Of a DNA stretch of 64,000 bases, positions 60,445 to 64,000 are shown piece by piece; position 1 is the first letter of the stretch, and each line of letters starts with the position of its first letter. The notes beneath the pieces are model-generated. The model saw only the letters and a list, made by a program, of their open reading frames with translations, made no database searches and had not been told where the DNA came from. The position numbers were made by a program, and so were the translations under genes. The DNA lies in assembly GCA_038134595.1 (NCBI GenBank), contig JAYPVM010000007.1, positions 64,001 to 128,000 on the forward strand. The letters are read 5' to 3'. This DNA comes from Pseudomonadota bacterium (GTDB lineage Bacteria; Bdellovibrionota_C; UBA2361; OMII01).

Positions 60445-61677
60445 ATGAATCAGTTACCCTCCACATTGTTTCCCGATGCGTCCCGCTCATATGCACTGGC
60501 CCAACTAAACTCATTTGCCGCTAGTATGGGGCACCTCTATAGCACCACCCGAAACTTTGATTTTGGGCCCACTCAAAGAACGAACGTTTCCTTACTCTCA
60601 CCGTATATCGGTATGCGCCTCATTCAAGAAGTTGAGGTCGTGCAAACGGCACTCGCCCATCACTCCTACCAAGCTGCAGAAAAATTTATTCAAGAGGTCT
60701 TTTGGCGCACTTATTGGAAGGGGTGGTTAGAGCTACGGCCGGCTGTATGGAATGAGTTTACACAGGATGTACTAGCTCTTCATAAAGACGGAAACTATCC
60801 GAAAGCATACGAGCAGGCTTGTCGCGGAAATACCCCTATAGAATGCTTTAATGCATGGGTGAACGAATTAATTACTACTGGCTACCTGCATAACCATGCA
60901 AGAATGTGGTTTGCCAGTATTTGGATATTTACCTTAGGCCTGCCCTGGCAACTCGGTGCTGAATTTTTCTATCGACACCTTCTCGATGGGGATACCGCCT
61001 GCAACACACTGAGCTGGCGTTGGGTGGCAGGGCTGCATACGAGAGGTAAAAACTATCTTGCTACGGCAGATAATATCAAAAAATACACTCAAGGAAAATT
61101 CTCTCCCACAGGGCTCGCCGCCTCAGACAGCGCATTACCACTCGATACGCTAAACTTTAAAACGTATCCGAAGGAGGCTGACAAAAGCTTTATCTCTGAC
61201 ATAGAGCCGCCGAACAACCAGCCCCTCACGCTTCTTTTACATGAAGAGGATTTAAGCCCTGAGTTTTCTCCATTAAAAGACTATCCAATCAACTCAATCC
61301 TAGCGCTCTCTCCATGCGTCCTGCAGAACCTTGTTGACCGTGCCTCACCTGTTCTCAAATTTAAGGCACAAGCCATGCAAGATGCGGTGCAGCGAGTCCA
61401 ATCTCACTTTAATGCAACAGTACAGACAATTGAGGACGTGAGCGAGCTCTCGCGAGTAATTGACGGAAGTCCTTCTCGACTTGTGATGCTAAAACCCCAT
61501 CGAGGTTTCCTGCGGCAACTAGTAGAGGAGGTGATCCATCTATCGCCTGTTTCAAACAACAAGGTCTACTACGCGACAAGGCAGTGGGACAGATTTCTGC
61601 ATCCAAAAGCAACCGGCGGTTTTTTTACATTCAAAAAATCAATCCCTTCTATGATTTCGAGACTGGATTCACACTAA
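60445..61677 (+). CDS. DNA photolyase-family protein with N-terminal FAD-binding domain
   Basis: [52 protein letters not shown] begin near the N-terminus. Confidence 0.85.
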   Translation: MNQLPSTLFPDASRSYALAQLNSFAASMGHLYSTTRNFDFGPTQRTNVSLLSPYIGMRLIQEVEVVQTALAHHSYQAAEKFIQEVFWRTYWKGWLELRPAVWNEFTQDVLALHKDGNYPKAYEQACRGNTPIECFNAWVNELITTGYLHNHARMWFASIWIFTLGLPWQLGAEFFYRHLLDGDTACNTLSWRWVAGLHTRGKNYLATADNIKKYTQGKFSPTGLAASDSALPLDTLNFKTYPKEADKSFISDIEPPNNQPLTLLLHEEDLSPEFSPLKDYPINSILALSPCVLQNLVDRASPVLKFKAQAMQDAVQRVQSHFNATVQTIEDVSELSRVIDGSPSRLVMLKPHRGFLRQLVEEVIHLSPVSNNKVYYATRQWDRFLHPKATGGFFTFKKSIPSMISRLDSH

Positions 61678-64000
61678 CTTGTATCACACCGCCACACTTC
61701 GTCAGGAAGCCGGTCTCTAAAGAGCTTCTGATACCTCTTGCGTAACGATTTTCTCGCCTTCTTGAACCGCTGGTCGCCTCCTCTTGGCACGAGACTAAAG
61801 AGATTATCGAGCAAAGAAAGATAGTAGGACTTTCTCACTGGCTGTGCCGAACACATAGGACCTATCTCACTCACGTCTTCACAAATATACGTTTCATAAA
61901 GCTTATTAGATTCTGCTAGGGCCTTTTTATAAAACCGAATTACCTTCTTTTTGAACTTAGAGGTATTGCCATACGAGTTGCTACGCATAACCTTCCACAT
62001 TTCAGCTAAGTAACGTGAAAGTGTTTCTCGAGCCAAGTTTTGTATCGATCTAATATCCTCTTCTGGGAACTTCTCACATCCTAGGACACCTCCTCCTTCA
62101 CACAGTGGAGTTAGGCCATTTACTATGGTCTCACTACCTAGAAATCTCCAAATAAGATCTAGACCGGAGTTGGCATCATAAGGAACCGAAAATTCGCCCG
62201 TTTCATCAAATCTTTGACTGGTTCCTGCGCCACCGCTGGACCGGTACTTCGGCGCAATTGTTTGATATACTCCCGAGGAATCCTTAAGTGAGTTAATCTC
62301 GAGATCATCGTCCGTTTCGCTTATATCCCGATACATCGCCGGATCTAAATGAGAAACCTCAACCTCTACAACGGAGGAATCTTTGGCATTTAGTGTATAC
62401 CTTAGTACTGCAACTGGGGTGCCCTCTTCAATCGTTAAGCAAGCTCCAGCTTGGTCAACCATTGGTGTTGCAACTATCGCAGGGTTGTATACGTCTGAAA
62501 ACTCTACGGCACTTCCCGACCGCGCAAATTGTGCGGCGTGCTCGCTACCCGAATATACAAGTAAGGCAGAGCCACTATCAACCACGATCGGATCAATTAA
62601 CTGTCCATTATTATCAGTTCGGGATTCATAGACCGCTACCGGCGTCAGATCGCTACTCTCTTCTACAACAACTACCAAGCCTGGAATCGGCGTCACATTA
62701 GCTTCTGCCGGAGTCTCCTCTCCATCGACCATGCGTCCGACTTTAAATGAGAGCATATAAGAGCCTGGAGTGTGTGTAGCCGTCGGTGTCACTGTAGGAG
62801 TGTGTGTAGCCGTAGATGTTGGAGTACTCGTAGGTGTATCGGTAGGTGTATCGGTCGGCGTACTAGTCGGGGTGACAGTTGGCGTGTTCGTTGCGGTTTC
62901 GGTCGGCGTATGAGTCGGAGTGTCCGTTGGCGTGCTAGTCGGTGTCGCTGTCGGTGTGTCAGTTGGCGTATCCGTGCTCGTTGCTGTTGGTGTGGTCGTC
63001 GGAGTTACCGTCGGACTACTCGTTGGTGTCTCACTCGGCGTGACTGTCGGAGTATTTGTAGGCGTCTCAGTTGGTGTCTCAGTTGGCGTGTCTGTTGGCG
63101 TGCTTGTTGGAGTACTCGTTGGCGTCGTAGTCGGAGTATTAGTAGCCGTTGATGTCGGAGTTTCGGTCGGCGTATCTGTTGGAGTCTCAGTGGGTGTATG
63201 AGTCGGCGTCAGCGTTGGTGTATCGGTGGCCGTTTCGGTCGGAGTGCTCGTTGGAGTGTCCGTTGGTGTATCGGTCGGCGTTTCTGTTGGCGTCTCTGTC
63301 GGCGTATCGGTTGGTGTATCAGTCGGAGTTTCGGTCGGCGTATCTGTTGGAGTATTTGTCGGCGTATCAGTAGGCGTATCTGTCGGCGTATCTGTCGGCG
63401 TACCAGTAGGTGTTTCAGTTGGAGTATCTGTAGGTGTATCTGACGGCGTATAAGTAGGCGTTTCAGTTGGAGTATCGGTAGGTGTCTCGGTAGGTGTCTC
63501 GGTAGGTGTCTCAGTCGGAGTATCAGTAGGCGTTTCAGTAGGCGTTTCAGTTGGAGTATCGGTAGGTGTATCTGTCGGTGTCTCGGTAGGTGTCTCAGTC
63601 GGAGTATCAGTAGGCGTTTCAGTAGGCGTTTCAGTTGGAGTATCGGTAGGTGTATCTGTCGGTGTCTCGGTAGGTGTCTCAGTCGGAGTATCGGTCGGAG
63701 TTTCAGTCGGCGTCTCTGTTGGCGTATCAGTTGGCGTTTCGGTCGGTGTCTCTGTTGGGGTCGCTGTCGGGGTATTGGTAGGTGTCCAACTATATGCGTT
63801 ACCACCTAGATAGAGGAATGCTGCACCCTCGTCTCCTTCTCCCCAGCCATAGAACGGAGCGCCTACCACAAGATCGCTTCGTCCATCGTTATTTACATCC
63901 CCTGCACTGCTTACACTGTTGCCGTACCATGCCCCAGCTTGATCACTCTCTCCAGTCCATGCAGGAGTTGTTGAAAGCCCTGAAGCCGAGCCAAGATACA
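61674..64000 (-). CDS. Surface protein with FG-GAP/integrin-alpha repeats, long Thr-Pro linker and Cys-containing basic C-terminal domain (start lies beyond the window)
   Basis: Frame open to window edge: [14 protein letters not shown]...[24 protein letters not shown]...GAAFLYLG, then ~340 aa of TPT[EDSNHVA]. Confidence 0.88.
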   Translation of the reverse strand, partial: YLGSASGLSTTPAWTGESDQAGAWYGNSVSSAGDVNNDGRSDLVVGAPFYGWGEGDEGAAFLYLGGNAYSWTPTNTPTATPTETPTETPTDTPTETPTETPTDTPTETPTETPTDTPTDTPTETPTETPTDTPTETPTETPTDTPTDTPTETPTETPTDTPTETPTETPTETPTDTPTETPTYTPSDTPTDTPTETPTGTPTDTPTDTPTDTPTNTPTDTPTETPTDTPTDTPTETPTETPTDTPTDTPTSTPTETATDTPTLTPTHTPTETPTDTPTETPTSTATNTPTTTPTSTPTSTPTDTPTETPTETPTNTPTVTPSETPTSSPTVTPTTTPTATSTDTPTDTPTATPTSTPTDTPTHTPTETATNTPTVTPTSTPTDTPTDTPTSTPTSTATHTPTVTPTATHTPGSYMLSFKVGRMVDGEETPAEANVTPIPGLVVVVEESSDLTPVAVYESRTDNNGQLIDPIVVDSGSALLVYSGSEHAAQFARSGSAVEFSDVYNPAIVATPMVDQAGACLTIEEGTPVAVLRYTLNAKDSSVVEVEVSHLDPAMYRDISETDDDLEINSLKDSSGVYQTIAPKYRSSGGAGTSQRFDETGEFSVPYDANSGLDLIWRFLGSETIVNGLTPLCEGGGVLGCEKFPEEDIRSIQNLARETLSRYLAEMWKVMRSNSYGNTSKFKKKVIRFYKKALAESNKLYETYICEDVSEIGPMCSAQPVRKSYYLSLLDNLFSLVPRGGDQRFKKARKSLRKRYQKLFRDRLPDEVWRCDTS
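62764..63787 (-). repeat. 12-bp-period coding repeat (TPTE/TPTD) containing a perfect 84-bp tandem duplication
   Basis: 63493-63576 is identical to 63577-63660, partial third copy to 63692. Confidence 0.95.

Noticed and set aside
62772..63805. VGVS-, Arg- and Cys-rich ORFs over the repeat, and CRISPR-like periodicity
   Set aside because: Antisense or off-frame shadows of the TPTx coding repeat; no unique spacers or cas genes

Overview
Gene-dense window from a diderm, LPS-making bacterium (porin, kdsD, hldD, ampG); a Bdellovibrionota/deltaproteobacteria-like origin is my inference only. I found no rRNA, tRNA, CRISPR array or transposase. Main contents: (1) two divergent RpoD-type sigma-70 paralogs, both with YATPWI instead of YATWWI and sharing an upstream motif; (2) a ten-gene Tad/Flp pilus operon with no secretin or prepilin peptidase, translationally coupled to an ATPase-less PilB/GspE N-domain-receiver fusion and a hybrid histidine kinase; (3) a GT-C-rich envelope glycosylation region (two GT2 lipid-phosphate-sugar synthases, an FAD oxidoreductase, a TIGR03663-like protein, two DUF2298/YYY proteins, two GT39-like proteins, a Thr-type sulfatase-like enzyme) near an FG-GAP surface protein with a ~340-aa Thr-Pro linker; (4) other oddities: a rhomboid lacking its catalytic dyad beside a TMEM43 homolog, a glycogen synthase with a 390-aa extension and no KxGG lysine, a 1397-aa orphan with ~155-aa periodicity, an inverted-domain photolyase and an orphan nuoB. 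Family calls come from motifs recognised by eye, not from database searches.
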